From: Chiloscyllium plagiosum | Taxonomy: Eukaryota | Direction of reading: 5' to 3' | Assembly: GCF_004010195.1 (NCBI RefSeq) | Contig: NC_057718.1 | Location: 48,178,378 to 48,242,377 of the forward strand | Length of the DNA: 64,000 bases | Part shown: positions 63,026 through 64,000 of the stretch, one piece after another | Numbering within the stretch: position 1 is the first letter of the stretch | Layout of the letters: every line of letters begins with the position of its first letter | Translations under genes and position numbers: made by a program | The notes under the pieces: model-generated | Databases searched by the model: none | What the model saw: the letters and a program-made list of their open reading frames with translations, nothing else | Told to the model about the DNA's origin: nothing

Positions 63026-64000
63026 GATCCTGGCTAATGGAGTAATGTGGAGCAGAATACCAGATCGCTCAATGCTCTTCATGTTGTAGAATGTAAACTT
63101 GGGTTAGTGTTTTGTGATTGAAATCTCAGCTGACCATGTTGCATTCCTGCAGCACCACACCGAAGCAGTCACCTCGACCATGTGTGAAAGGCCCTTGCAC
63201 CTCTCACAGAACCCTAGAACCAAAACCTACCAGTCTTGGACAGCCTTATAAGTGGACACCAATTCACGCCATATTTCACCCTACATCACACCACATCCAA
63301 TACCACATTTATACTCTGCCACACTATCCAAATTTTATCATTAAGCATCATTTATATAACCGGCGACTTCACCTCCTCCCCACTACACCTAGCTGTTCAC
63401 CTTGTGATGTAGTCTTGTCCACTTAGCAGGTCTGCACTCTGTCAATCAAGCTGTCCATTGACATGCAACCAAAAGAAATGAATTAAGAACTCTGTAGTTA
63501 AAAATTGCAGCGCATTCAGGAAACCGGCTCTACTGAGTTTCCTTATCTTAACTCCCACCCACACATGACACATACTTCTGGGCTATTTAAACAGTCTATT
63601 TGTTTTTTAAAAAACTAAGATTGTCATGAATAATTATTGAATTCAGGCGAAACTATTTTATCTGGAAGGTGTTTAACATGTGAAATTGCTACTTCAAGGA
63701 GTTGTTGTGATTCACATTAATACATTTAAGAGGAAGCTAGAAATCTCAAAGGATACATTGATGGAGTTAAATTAAATAATATACAAGAGAGTTCATCTAG
63801 AGGATAGACACTAGGCTTGAACCAATTAGGATGAATGGCCGACTTTTTCACAAAACTTCCAATGTAATATCAATGACTGGCTCAATGTATTACAACAAAC
63901 TTGAACATCAACAGATCACTTGGTTCTTCAGCCAAGTACTTATTGAAAATCATTGCCCTCCTTTTGCTGAACATCATGCGTGGATCCCTCCAATCTAGTT

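Noticed and set aside
1..64000. CRISPR arrays, operons or other prokaryotic systems
   Set aside because: There are no regularly spaced repeats or gene-dense coding regions; the sequence is vertebrate repeat-rich DNA.

Overview
This is repeat-dense vertebrate genomic DNA with four N-gaps, most likely from a shark or other elasmobranch (inferred from HE1/V-SINE-type SINEs and the CR1/Penelope content). Much of it is retroelement: CR1 LINEs, Penelope-like elements carrying hammerhead-ribozyme motifs, three SINE families, Gypsy relics, a Rex1 fragment and a Harbinger-type Myb relic. I see no intact protein-coding gene. Between the repeats, about a dozen minus-strand exon-like blocks, most with canonical splice sites, read in collinear order like the ectodomain of a polycystin-1-family (PKD1-like) protein: possible C-type lectin, then REJ, GAIN and GPS. 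They carry in-frame stops, frameshifts and a retroelement inserted into one exon, so this looks like a decayed multi-exon gene spanning almost the whole window. Family assignment rests on motifs I recognised by eye and needs a profile search. Other notable structures are a Penelope fold-back insertion carrying an inverted 180-bp copy of nearby DNA, a recurrent asymmetric fold-back architecture with 10-16 bp TSDs, two large unexplained inverted repeats, and a SINE with its own tail inverted at the 5' end.
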